Below, in pieces: positions 9,976-22,627 of a stretch of 64,000 bases of DNA (positions are counted from its first letter, which is position 1; the number at the start of each line of letters is the position of its first letter). The position numbers and the translations under genes were made by a program. Location: the NCBI GenBank assembly GCA_043228905.1, contig JBHGNT010000010.1, forward strand, positions 11,904,001-11,968,000, given 5' to 3'. The notes beneath the pieces are model-generated. The model was not told the origin of the DNA. It saw only the letters and a program-made list of their open reading frames with translations, and did no database searches. The DNA is from Azolla caroliniana (taxonomy: Eukaryota; Plantae; Polypodiophyta).

Positions 9976-12900
9976 TTGGTGCCACGGTTTACGGCAGACT
10001 TACAGGCATCCGTGAGCAAACCAAAGCCGACGCCAGCACCGGCATTCTTCTCCAACCCGGAGGAAGGACCAACGGTGGTCGATACAAGTAGCCCGGCGAT
10101 CACGACAATCGTGAAAGGAAAGGAAACTGCGGGAACGATTATTGACGGAGGCTCCGGGGTAAATGTCATCAACCAACAGACATGCAACGACCTGGGCATC
10201 CGGGAATGGGAACCATGCCCCTTCTGGTTACGCATGGCGGATACCAGCTCAGTCCGACCGACCGGGCTTATCCGGGATTTGGAAGTAACGATCGGAGGCC
10301 ACGTATTCCGGATATCGGCCGTGGTGTTGCAGCTGAATGTACAAGGCGCGTACCCCCTACTGCTAGGACGACCATGGCTGCGAACGGCGCATATCAAGCA
10401 GAGCTGGCAAAAGAACATGATCACATTCCGGCGAGGGAAAACAAAGGTACGAGTAACGACGCAACCACGGGTGATCACCAGTAAGGAAGCAACTCCATTG
10501 TATGCGGAAAGCATTAACATGTTGGAGGGATTACCGGACGAGGAAGTCGAGCGGTACCTCGAGGAACACCCACGAATCATCCCACTATTTGAGGTGGATA
10601 TCACGGTGGCAGTAGAACCGTACATTACGACGCCGGATGAACCGGACCAAGCGGCGATCCGGGAACTGCGAAAAGCACAGGAATCCCTAGAGAGGGAAAT
10701 GACGATATCCCAGAGAGTAAAAGCATCCCAACTCGAGGAGGTGGACCTCGGCACAGCAGACAAGCCCCGACCGGTAAATGTTGCAAAGGAATTGCCGAAG
10801 GAAGAAAAGAAGGCAATGGTAGCATTATTAACAGACTTCAAGGATGTGTTCACGTGGTCGTACGAAGACATGCGAGGGCTGGACCCCCAGCTCTATCAGC
10901 ACCAAATTCACCTAAGTACGGACGCGAAACCGATCGCTCAACGCAGGTACTAGATGAATCTGAATTATGCGGCAAAGGTGAAGGAGGAAATTGATAAGCT
11001 CCTCTGGGTCGGATTTATCCGACCGGTCAAGCAGGCAACCTGGCTGAGTCCGATAGTGGTGGTCCCGAAAAAGAACGGCAAAATCCGGGTATGCGTGGAC
11101 TACCGAAAACTAAATGCCGCAACAGTGACCGATGCGTTTCCACTACCATTTACGGACGGGGTGTTAGATGCGGTAGCCGGCCACGAAGTTTACAGCTTCC
11201 TGGATGGATTTAGCGGCTACAACCAGATACGAATGAACCCGGCCGACCAGGAGAAGACAACGTTCGTGACGGAATGGGGAGTGTTCGTCGCGGTCGTGAT
11301 GATGTTCGGACTAAAGACGGCTCCAGCGACCTTTCAAAGGATAATAATGGAAATTTTCGGGGAATATATCCCCGGTTTTATGCAGGTCTTCCTTGACGAT
11401 TTCGCGGTCTACAGCCGGCACGGAGAGCATCTCGATCACCTCCGGCTGTGCTTGGAGAAGTGCCGCGAGTACCGATTAAGCTTGAACCCGGCCAAGTGCG
11501 TCTTTGGAGTGGCAAGCGGCAACTTACTAGGGCACGTGGTGAGTAAGGAAGGAATCGCGGTAGATCCGGATAAAGTCAAGGCGATTCTCGAGGCACCAGC
11601 ACGAAATAACGCAAAGGCTTTAAGCCGGTTCCTGGGCCAAATAAGGTGGCATAGCCGGATGATACGGCACCTCGCAGACTTCGCTACACCGTTACATACC
11701 ACCGTACATAGGGTACCCTTCCTATGGGCGGAGACGGAGGAGGAAGCCTACCAAGCGTTGAAGGTTATGCTGTCGCAAGCTCCGGTGGTGCAACCGCCGG
11801 ATTGGAGTAAAAGCTTTCACGTCTTCGTCGACGCGTCGGACGTAGCAATCGGCAGCGTTCTGATGCAACTCACGGAGCCGAAATGGTACCGACCGGCGTA
11901 CTACGCAAGCCGGAAACTCTCAAAAGCCGAACGGAATTACTCTACGACGGAACGCGAGGCATTGGGAATGGTGTATAGTGTCACAAAGTACAGGCACTAT
12001 CTGCTCGGAAGGAAGTTTTCCTTCCATGTCGACCATTCGGCACTACTCTACTTGGTCTCGAAGGCATCCCTGACGGGAAAAATTGCACGGTGGACACTGT
12101 TGTTACAGGAATTTGAATTCGACATTTTCCACCGACCCGGGGCGCAGCATGCGGTAGCGGACTACCTAAGCAGACTCGAATCCGGAGAAGTAGGGGACGG
12201 CGTCCAGGATGAGTTTCCCGACGCCGAATTGTTCCGGATCACGACGAAACCGGCAACGGATACAACGGTAGCCGATGAAGACACATGGCTAACTGAGATG
12301 CATCAGTTCCTGAGCACCGGAGTTCCCCCGGAGAACATGGACCACGATGAAAGGAAAAGGGTAGCAGTAAGAAGTAGACATTTCTGCTTGGTTGGAGACA
12401 CCCTCTATCACAAGGGGGCAGATGGCATCTGGAGACGAGCAATGCGGAGCGATGAGAAGGATTTAATCCTCAAGGAAGCCCACTGTGGAAATGCCGGTGA
12501 GCATTATGCCGGCGACGCAACCGCTCGGAAAATATGGCAGAGTGGACTGTGGTGGCCCACCACCCTAAAAGATGTCTTAAAGTATAGCAGAGAATGCGAT
12601 TTGTGTCAACGACTGGGCCAACCCACGGAGCAGGCCCGGATGCCACACCACCCGGTCTTGCCTTTGGAACCGTTTCAAAAGTGGGGTTTGGACTTTGTCG
12701 GTCCCTTCAAGCCATCGGCAATGCGAACCGGAAATCGGTATGTCATAGTGGCAACCGACTATTGCACCAAATGGGTAGAAGCAAAGGCCTTACGGGACAA
12801 CACGGCCGCGTCCACGGCAAAGTTTCTGTACGAGTGCATATGGTGCCGGTATGGATGCCCGATCGAGCTTATAAGTGACCAAGGAGGACATTTTCTCGGG

Positions 12901-13758
12901 CAGGTAGTAGAAAGCCTGACGTCATTTTACGCGGTGGTACATAAAAAGAGTACTCCCTACTACCCTCAAGCCAATGGACTAGCGGAATCAACGAACAAAA
13001 CTCTGCAGAACATCCTACGAAAAATCGTCAACGAGAACCGGACCGACTGGGATACAAAATTGCAAAGCGCGCTATGGGCGTACCGAACAACGTACAAAAC
13101 CAGCATCCGGACAACCCCGTTCCGACTAGCATTCGGTTTAGAAGCGGTCATGCCGGTAGAGTTCCAGATCCCCAGCTTACGGATTCAGGTGAAGGAGCGC
13201 TTAAGTGAGAACGAGTCCGAACGAATTCGGCTGGCGACGTTGTTGGAATTAGAAGAAAACCGAATAGCCAGCTTACTACAACTCGAACTGGAGCAAAGGA
13301 GGAGAAAAGCTTTCGTGGACCGACACCGGCGTGGCAATGAAAAGGAGTTCGAAGTCGGGAAACCGGTGCTACTATTCCAGACACGGATGGGGAACATGCC
13401 GGGAAAGTTGCGGTTTCGATGGACCGGACCGTTCTGGATCACCAAGGAGTACAATGGGTCGTATCAGCTCGGCACGTTGTCTGGAGATGTCATCGGCAAG
13501 TGGGCAAATGGGTTTCGGCTAAAGCCGTATAAGGGAAATATGCCAGCAAACCCGTTCAAGCAAAACCCGGAAATCCGGCAAGATGAGGAACCGACACCGA
13601 CAAACGCTGCTGAAGATATTTGGACCAAGGAAGAACCGACACCGACAAACGCTGCTGAAGATATTCGGACCGAGGAAGAACCGACACCGATATTGACAAA
13701 GACTATCCCGGTATCCACACGAACCGACCCGAACAAATCGGGGGGGACCAGCAAATGA
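9976..13758 (+). pseudogene. C1 pol (PR-RT-RNase H-INT), one internal stop at 10951-10953
   Basis: IIDGGSG protease; VCVDYR, LDGFSGYNQI and FLDD reverse transcriptase; VDASD RNase H; HHCC and DDE integrase; GPF motif; no chromodomain. Confidence 0.95.
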
Positions 13759-13979
13759 CGTGGTCCAAACAAAGAAAAAAAAAAAGAAAAAAGAAAAAAA
13801 AGAAGAAGAAGACGTGGGCAAAATCGACGCGAATCATAGTAATGATGGGGAGATCACAAGAGGTGGGAGCGCCACCATGCAACGAAGAGGCGCCATGCAT
13901 TAAAGAAGGACGTGCGCGTACTTGCTATTTAAAGCATGGAACGTGGGCACTCACACGCGGCAAACAAGAAAGGACATAC

Positions 13980-14416
13980 TGTCAGGAATAGTACTAAAAC
14001 AGAGATGGAATTAGTACTAAGAACAACAGTACTATTAGTACTAAGAGGACGGGACTGCGTAAGATTCCCGAGAGAGGAAGTGAGAAGAGGAGAGAGAGAG
14101 AGATAGCGAGAATGAGAGAGAGAGAGATGATGACAGCAGCTATATATTATGTGAAAAGATAAGTACAAGCGGCTAAGAGGCTTAAGACTGGCATTGAACC
14201 AATTTGGTTCAAAACAATGCCTTGTGCCTCCTTTTATAGTGTTTTTAGGAATAATCCTGAAGCTTCTAGAATGTTCCAGAGAGATCTGGAATATACATCA
14301 ATTTTCTATGATAAAGTATAAATGAAAATAATATCCTACAAAATACAATTCATAATCTAATGGTAAGAGCTCGACCCATGTAGCATAAAGTCATGGGTTC
14401 GAGTCTTGCCATGACA
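13980..14416 (-). repeat. Chromovirus 3' LTR
   Basis: TGTCA...TGACA; repeat of 19224-19660. Confidence 0.95.
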
Positions 14417-14427
14417 CTATCTCCCCC

Positions 14428-17400
14428 TTAAAGACGACGAGTGGAACGAGTCACCGCTAATTGTTGACCGGGTTTGTCCGGATACTTTCGGTGGAAATCA
14501 GCAAGAAGATCTTGTGCATTGGCAACATTCTCGACGGGTTCCCAAGTACGTTCGCTCGGACTATAACCGAGCCAATCGACCAAGTAATAAAGTTTGTTGC
14601 GAACAAGTTTGGAATCGAGGATGGCAGCAACTTCATACTCCGGGCCGGCGTCCAACTCCAGCGGTGGCGGCGGTGGTGTCACACGATCGGGAATGGTGTT
14701 TGCTTTATAAGGTTCAAGAAGAGAACAATGGAAAACCGGATGTATCTGAAGCTGCGGAGGGAGATCCAGGCGGAAGGTGACATCATTAATCTTCCCCGTA
14801 ATACGGAAAGGACCGAGTCGTCGATAATCCAACTTGTCGCACGGTCGAGTAGTCTTGATGTGACGACGTAAGAGCCATACTCGATCTCCGATGGCAAAAG
14901 AGGAGGGAATCCGATGACGATCCGCATAAGTCTTCTGTGTGTGTTGAGCATGACGAAGGTGAGTAGAGAGATCCATCTGGATCTTGCGTAGCCTCTCCAA
15001 ATGGTCCTCCGCACGAGGGTTGGTAGGTAGCTCCGGAGTGTCGATCACCGACCAGCGAGGATGGAAACCGGTATAAGCGAGAAATGGGGAGACCCGAGTC
15101 GAGGAGTGAATAGCATTATTATACGCAAACTCCGCAAAGTGGAGAATCTCGGCCCAATCGTCCTGTTGATAACTCAGGAAACACCGGAGATATTGCTCCA
15201 ACGTTTGGTTTGTTCGTTCCGCCTGTCCATCAGTTTGAGGATGGTAGCCGGAGGAGAGGTTGCAGGAGACCTTGAGCATCCTGAAGAGATGCTGCCAAAA
15301 TTTGGAGACAAATTGCGGGCCTCGGTCACTGATAATACTGTCTGGTAGGCCATGATGCCGAAATACCTCACGCATAACAAGAGCGGCGGTTTCCTCGCTA
15401 GTGATGGCTTTAGTACATGGCACAAAATGTGCCATCTTCGTATATCGATCGACGACGGTTAGGATAGCATCGAACCCCTTCGAGACCGGCAGATCTGTAA
15501 TAAAATCAAGACAAATAGACTGCCATGGCTTACTTGGAATTGGTAAAGGTTCCAACAAACCATATGGATGGTGTCGTGGCATCTTTGCTCGGCAGCAAGC
15601 ATCACAGGTCCGAACGTAGTCGTCGACAAAACGGCGCATGTCGGGCCACCAAAAAGATCGCTGCACTAACTCCAACGTCTTGGTACTACCGAAATGTCCC
15701 GCCGTATGGGTGTCGTGACAATGTTGGACGATTTGAAGGCGACAGGAGCAATCGGGGACATATACGCGCCTTTTAAAGAATAACAAACCATCATGATATT
15801 CGAATTGTCGGTAGTCAATACCTGGTTGTTGAGACTGAGAACAGGATGCCCGAGAAGTATCAATGTGCGCCAGGATGTCTTGAGCAAAACTATCCGTCTT
15901 CAAGGTTGCACGTATGTCATCGGTAATCCGTGAATCCATCGGGGTGTGAAAAATCCGCGTCGTGTGCAATCGTGTTGGTCCCAAGATTACTTGCTTTTGA
16001 TTATCAAATGTTGCGTCACCAGGACAAGGTGCAAGATATGAACGCCGTGATAGTGCATCTGCTTTTCCTTGCTGCTTCCCCGGTCGATATGTGATTTCGA
16101 AGTTGAAACGCGTGAGGAATTGCGCCCACCGAGCTTGCCGTCGATTTAGTACGCGAGCGTTCTAAAAATAAGCAAGATTTTTATGATCGCTAAAGACAAT
16201 GACCTGATGTGGAGAGCCCTCTAAGAAATGCCGCCATTGTACAAATGAATCCACGATGGCTAATAACTCCTTGTCATGTATTTCGTAGTTGATTTCTGCG
16301 ACATTGAATTTGCGCGAATGGAAAGCCACCGGATGCAACTCTTCTTTATCGCCTTGTTGAGAAAGGATGCTACCGAGGGCGAAATCTGATGCGTCGGCCT
16401 CCATGATGAATGGTTTGCTTGTATCCACATGAGCTAGAATCGGTGCTGATGTAAAGGCTTTCTTAAGATGCCGAAAAGCCATATCTGCTTCGATGGACCA
16501 AAGAAATGCTTGGCCCTTCTTCGTAAGTTGTGTGAGAGGTAAAATAATCTTCGAGTAATCCTGTATAAACTTACGGTAGAAGTTAGCAAAGCCTAGAAAA
16601 CATTGTACATCTCGTACCGACCGTGGAATTTGCCACTCTAGTACAGTTTGGATTTTAGCTGGATCCATGGCGATGCCCTTTGAGGAGATGACGTAGCCTA
16701 GAAATTCCACTTGCTTGCAGTCAAAGCTACATTTCTCTAGCTTGGCATAAAGACCATTCTCGCGGAGTCGCTTTAGTACTAATAGTACATGAGAATCGTG
16801 CTCTTCCTGGGTCTTCGAATAAATCAACAGATCATCTAGATAAATGATCAAACAGATATCCAAGAGGTCTCTGAATATATCATTTGCCATGTGTTGGAAG
16901 ACTGCGGGTGCATTGGTTAGGCCAAACGGCATAACAGTATACTCGAAATGCCCATACCGCGTGCGAAAAGCGGTCTTCCACTCATCTCCCGGTCGGATCC
17001 GCACGAGATTATACGCTCCTCGTAGGTCGATTTTAGTAAAAAACTTGGCACCATTAACTCGCTCTAAAAGACTTGATATAAGAGGAAGTGCATACCTATT
17101 CCGGATGGTGACTTTATTCAATCCGCGGTAATCAACGACAAGACGAAGTGAGCCATCTTTCTTCTTGACAAAGAAGATGGGTGCACCGGCCGGAGATTTT
17201 GAATGACGGATGAACCCGCTTGCCAAGTTCTCCTCTATGTAGGCTCGAAGGACTTCTAACTCGGTGGGTGACAAGTTGTAAATTGGTCCCCATGGTGGCT
17301 CGGTTCCTGGTTGTAAATCGATGGGACAGTCATAGGGACGGTGATGAGGAAGGGTACCGGCTTTTACCTTGTCAAATACATCGGCATAAGGATGATATTT

Positions 17401-18000
17401 TGCCGGAAGTTGTATTGAGGAGTCCTTCTTAATAGTGCTAGAAGGATGTACTGATATGGCAAATAGGAACATTGCCTCCTTGGGTCCTTCTTCGCGTAGT
17501 TGATGGAGTGAAATGGTCGAAACTCGGTGAGTTGATTCTTGGGGTGGTCGATATTGGACTTCTCTTGTTCTCCAATCTATGGCTGGATTATGTAATTCAA
17601 GACAAGGTAATCCTAGGACAATGGGATGCTCTGGACTACTAATTATATTAAATGATATTATACACACAAAACTACCTAGGACAACTTGAATGGGTTCTGA
17701 TTCTTCTACAATATTCCCGGAAGCAATGGGACGACCATCAATGACCACTACAGATGCGGGACAAGGAAGTTTTCTTAAGGATATCTGAGAAGCTTGGGCA
17801 AAATTTCGATCCATGAAACAGGAATTAGCTCCGGAATCTAAAAGTGCTAGGACGGGTACTGGGGGAGTACTTTTAGTACTAACAATGACTTGGGCTAGGA
17901 ACACATTGCTAACTTGCTTGGAAGGAATGGAACCACTAATGGGCTGTACAGATCTAGGGCTTCTGTCCAACCAAATGGCTCCTATTTTGGCTGGACTCAA
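14428..18000 (-). pseudogene. Chromovirus pol (PR-RT-RNase H-INT-chromodomain), single premature TAG at 16162-16164
   Basis: LLDSGA, YLDD, EADASD, HHCC, DRGPQF, chromodomain YEVAAIL...YLVDWLGY...TWEP. The frame continues after the stop with NARVLNRRQARW. Confidence 0.95.
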
Positions 18001-19154
18001 TCGTTTAACTCTTCATCTAATTGACTAAGGATTTCAAATTTATTTGAGATACTTGGGCTATTAGTACTATGAATACTATCTGACACTCTATTAGTACTAT
18101 TAATACTATCAGACACTCCGAAGGGAAGAATTGACTCGGGTTTAGTACAGGCGACGATTTGATTTACCTGTCTTCTTGGCCTATGGGGACAATTGATGGT
18201 GATATGTCCTGGTCCACCGCAATAAAGACATAATCGATTGGCACGTCGTCGTTGCTTTTCTTCTTCCGATAACGGGCCGCGTCGACGCATGGTATCGATC
18301 TCCATCGGTGTCGAAGTATTTGCTTGAGGTATGTCTTGTGCAAACGGTTTAGCCGCGACTGTGGCGTAAGTGGGCTCTGGCCTAGGGCGTGGTATCTGTA
18401 ATTGACGTTCTGAACGCCGTTCAAAAAGGCGGTTGTCACATCGAACTGCTCGACTGATTGCCTCCGTAAGAGACTTTGGTTCTTCGGGGAAAGTTAGAAG
18501 TAGATCTTTGACATCGTTTCGCAAGCCATAGCGAAACTGCTCCATTAGTGCTTGATCATCCCAGGGTATATCTGAAGCAAGCAGGCGGAAATCCGCCGCG
18601 TAGGCAGAGGCTGGACGATCGCCTTGACGCAATCGCCGGATCTTGTTGATCGTCGTCCTGATGCTGTCGGTGTCTCCAAAGCAGGCTTTAAACGCACCAA
18701 TAAAATCTTCAAAGTTATTAAGTAAGGGTGATTGTTTTTCTAGAAGCGGAGCAAACCATGCCAAGGCTGAGCCGCTAAGTAGCGTGCCTATTAGGCCGAC
18801 TCGAGATGCATCAGTGGGATATCGGGAAGGATGCATCTGGATGACTAAGCGTACCTGATTAAGGAATCCCCGGAATTGCGAACGTGTTCCATCAAATTTC
18901 ACAGGAAGTCCAATCTTGGGCTCTTTATGAAATCCTTGGGGACTGGATCCTTGTTGTTGCAACGCTGCTTCAAGTTGTTGTACCCGTAACGCTAACTCCC
19001 CATGTTGTTGTTGCGTTTGTTGTTTTTCTAGAGCGATTTGTTGCAGATCCCCTATCAGCCGTTGGTTTTCTTGTTCCAGGGCAACAAACTTTTCTTTTAG
19101 GCACTGTAGCTCGGAGAAAACGGATTGGTATTCTTGGGCGCTAACAGTAGCCAT
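17997..19154 (-). CDS. Chromovirus Gag (coiled coil, capsid, CCHC knuckle)
   Basis: 385 aa; PVKFDG, LSGSALAWF, PMEID, CLYCGGPGHITINC. Confidence 0.93.
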   Translation of the reverse strand: MATVSAQEYQSVFSELQCLKEKFVALEQENQRLIGDLQQIALEKQQTQQQHGELALRVQQLEAALQQQGSSPQGFHKEPKIGLPVKFDGTRSQFRGFLNQVRLVIQMHPSRYPTDASRVGLIGTLLSGSALAWFAPLLEKQSPLLNNFEDFIGAFKACFGDTDSIRTTINKIRRLRQGDRPASAYAADFRLLASDIPWDDQALMEQFRYGLRNDVKDLLLTFPEEPKSLTEAISRAVRCDNRLFERRSERQLQIPRPRPEPTYATVAAKPFAQDIPQANTSTPMEIDTMRRRGPLSEEEKQRRRANRLCLYCGGPGHITINCPHRPRRQVNQIVACTKPESILPFGVSDSINSTNRVSDSIHSTNSPSISNKFEILSQLDEELND

Positions 19155-19223
19155 AGTATAGGGAAAAGGGTAGGAGGATGAGGGAGAGTGACAAGTAGGC
19201 TAGAGGGAAAAATTGGTTCAAAC

Positions 19224-19660
19224 TGTCAGGAATAGTACTAAAACAGAGATGGAATTAGTACTAAGAATAGCAGTACTATTAGTACTAAGAGGACGGGACT
19301 GCGTAAGATTCCCGAGAGAGGAAGTGAGAAGAGGAGAGAGAGAGAGATAGCGAGAATGAGAGAGAGAGAGATGATGACAGCAGCTATATATTATGTGAAA
19401 AGATAAGTACAAGCGGCTAAGAGGCTTAAGACTGGCGTTGAACCAATTTGGTTCAAAACAATGCCTTGTGCCTCCTTTTATAGTGTTTTTAGGAATAATC
19501 CTGAAGCTTCTAGAATGTTCCAGAGAGATCTGGAATATACATCAATTTTCTATGATAAAGTATAAATGAAAATAATATCCTACAAAATACAATTCATAAT
19601 CTAATGGTAAGAGCTCGACCCATGTAGCATAAAGTCATGGGTTCGAGTCTTGCCATGACA
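19224..19660 (-). repeat. Chromovirus 5' LTR
   Basis: Repeat of 13980-14416; TATAAAA on the minus strand at 19476-19482. Confidence 0.95.
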
Positions 19661-19670
19661 CATACTAATT

Positions 19671-22627
19671 ATGGCGGGAGAGGAACATGCGCGGGAAACG
19701 AAAAAGGGCGGCTCGAGGCAAAAGCCACTATATAAGACACAGGCCTGCGAAGGACTCACTTTTTACGAATTTTCCTACATACAGGCGCAGAAGCACAGAA
19801 GAGCGATCCAACGCACAGAGCACACACAGCCCGATCCCGAACAACAGGCAGCAGTAGAAGAATTCGAAACAATGGTACTGTCGGAAGAGGCACGCCAATG
19901 GATGAGGGAGAACGGGTTAAAAGGATTGTTGCGGATCGCCGACGCTCCACCACACGCAGAACCAGAGCAGGCGGCAGCATCAATCGATATATCAGAAGTC
20001 ACGGAAGGAGCGGTGCAGGCGCTCACGGGGATAAAAGCAGGAGGACTTCAAACAATCGAAAACCCTTCAAGTGAAATCCTGTTCGAATATTTCGGTGAGT
20101 ACTCTATCAGCAGCAAGGCGTACCGAACGCAGGGCGGAGAGAACCTGCTGTTCGGAGAAGTGGCCCGCGCCATGATGGAATACGGATTCGTGAATCCCCG
20201 TCCCCCGGCCATAGCCAAGTACCGGGCAGCGTTCTTAATAGCAGCGTACGAAGGCTTACAAATAGACTGGCTCCATTTCATAACCGAAGGATTGAAGGAG
20301 GCCATCAAAAATCTTGTGGAAGGAAAAAAGCCATGGGCCGGGATAGCACAATGGCTAACGGTGTTAGTCCCACCGGTGCTCCCCATCACACAAAAGAAAA
20401 GAGGTCGGCAGGAGACGACGCCGAAAAAGGTCACAAAGCGCCGACAGATCTTGGAGAAACACACCCCCGGATGGACCCAGCAAGAAGCAGAACAACGGGG
20501 GGAAGGACCATCCCGACAGCAACAGGAACCGGCAGGTAAAGGCAAAGGGAAATCGGCCGAGGAGGAACCGGTAGCACGCAAACCAATCAATATAACGCTG
20601 CGACGGCCGGAACCGGAACCAGAGGTCTTTATACAAAAGGTCCGCCTGGTAGCCGCACCGGAGGAGGAAGCTGAAACAGAAGACTCATCCGAACCACTGG
20701 TAAGACTCCCAACAAGACAGGGTCGGGAGAGACGGGCGAAAGGACCGGCTCCACCAGTTGACAAAACTCAGCAGAGGGCGCAAGGACCACCTCCAGTAGC
20801 CGAGGCGGAAGCAGTACCGGAACCCGTACCGAGGGAAGCAGCACCGACACCGGTTGCGCCGGACTTTAGAGAACCGGTCATCCCAGAGAAGAAGAATGAA
20901 CAAGCGCTGGAGCCAGAGAAAAGGCCGGAAAAACAGCCTGAGCAAGGCCACCCCGACACAGGAAGAACAAAGCCACAATGGCTGAGATGGCTTTCGGAGC
21001 AGTTATCGGGAGTAGCGGACCAGTTAGAGAAAGAAGAAACGTGTAGGCAACAGCTGACGCATACAACAACTCAGGAGTTGGTCGCGCTCCGAACACAAAT
21101 CGAGGAAATGCAAGGGGAGCTATTGCAGGCAAGGGAAGGAATTCAACAAGCACAAGTTGTCACCGAGCCGGTCGGGACAACAAGGAAGCAACCAGAACCG
21201 GAACCGGAACCGGTAGCCTTGCAAACGGCCCTGAGACCGAAAAAATAATAGAAACCTTACGAGAGGAATTAAAAGCTCAGGAGGCATTAAGGGAAAGAGA
21301 AAGGGAGCAGCGGAAAGCGGTGGAGGACGACAGACGAAAAATGGAAGAAGGCCTCCGGAAAGGTCGAGCCACTAATGACCGACTGCAAGAAGAAAAAGAG
21401 AAGTTGCAAAAGGAGAAGGACCGACTGCGTCGACATGCCGAGCAGGAGATAGAACGACTGCAGGAAGAACTCCGACAACAGAAGGACCGGGACGATCGGT
21501 TAAGAGCTCAGGCAAACCGACGCCTGAAGCAGAAGATGGAGGACTTCGACCGTCTCTACCGAGATCACAAGCAGGCCGAGTCGGACAACAAGAAACGGGC
21601 AGCAGACTACGACCGGCAAATAGAGAAGCTGAAAGAACAGCTCAAAGAGACCCGATTAGACCTGGCTAAGGCAATGGATGAGGTCAGTGCCAACAAGGAA
21701 GCATTGTCGGCGGAAATAGCCCAAGCGACGGAGAGAAGGAAGGAATTAGAGGCGCTAAGGCGGGAAAAGCTTGATCTGACCAAGATTAGGAATGAAGAAA
21801 AGGAAAAATCGACCTTCACGATCAGCAAACTACAAAGTACCTATGAAAAGCAGAAAGCGGATTACGAGGCCCAGGCTCAGATAATGGCCGACATTATAAA
21901 ACAGGCAAGGAAGGAAAAGCAAGAAGCTTATGCGCATGCTAAGGCGGGGGTTGACCGGATCAAGCTCATCATGTCAGGATGGAGTACCCGAGCTCAGGCA
22001 AGCATCAACGAAAGTACGGAAAAGCTATGGAAGGAGTGGTCACAACAGGCAGCCGAGCTGCAGACAATCTGAGCGGATGCCGAGAATCGGAGGAAGACCG
22101 GTGACAAGTTCTACAAGATGGATGAAGAAAGTATCGTCGCTATTCGGGAAGAATTGTCGGAGGATTTCTACACTTTAGCAGAAGAACACCTCAAAGAAAT
22201 CCAAGGGTTGGTAGAGAGGTTGGATGACGGGCAGCTCGCAACTCAGTTGGAGTTGGAGAGATACGAGCAGGACCGATTACGACAAGAAGCTAAGGGAAGA
22301 ACGACGCCAATCACGATAAGTGAGGGAGAGCGACCGGCTGAAGTTGAACCAACCGACACCGAACAACCCCGACAAGGAATACCCGAAGAAGAACTTCCGA
22401 TCGAAGGAGAAGAAGAAGAGCAGGAGCAGCCCAATGCCGGAGAAGAAGAAGAGTTGAGACCGGAAGACACCAGAGCAGAGGAAGAAGGCGTACCGAGCCA
22501 ACCAGTTGAGACCGGAGAAAGCGACACTGGTAACAGAACAGAGCCTGGAACAGAGGGAGAACAGGAAGAACCCGGACGAAGCGGTGAGGAAGCACCGGCA
22601 CCACAGAATCAAGCAGAGCCGGAGTAG
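19671..22627 (+). pseudogene. Extra 3' ORF of C1 (globular N-terminus, Pro/Glu linker, long coiled coil, acidic tail)
   Basis: Collinear ORFs of 525, 250 and 169 aa separated by one frameshift and one TGA. The C-terminal block aligns with 63277-63954. Confidence 0.75.

Larger units (their letters stand above)
13980..19660 (-). mobile_element. Full-length Tcn1/Tf1-like chromovirus, young insertion
   Basis: 437-bp LTRs with 3 substitutions seen, TSD CATAC (13975-13979 and 19661-19665), PPT AAGGGGGAGATAG, gag plus pol ending in a chromodomain. Confidence 0.95.

Noticed and set aside
19671-22627. Envelope (env) gene
   Set aside because: No clear signal peptide, and only one weak, proline-containing hydrophobic stretch.
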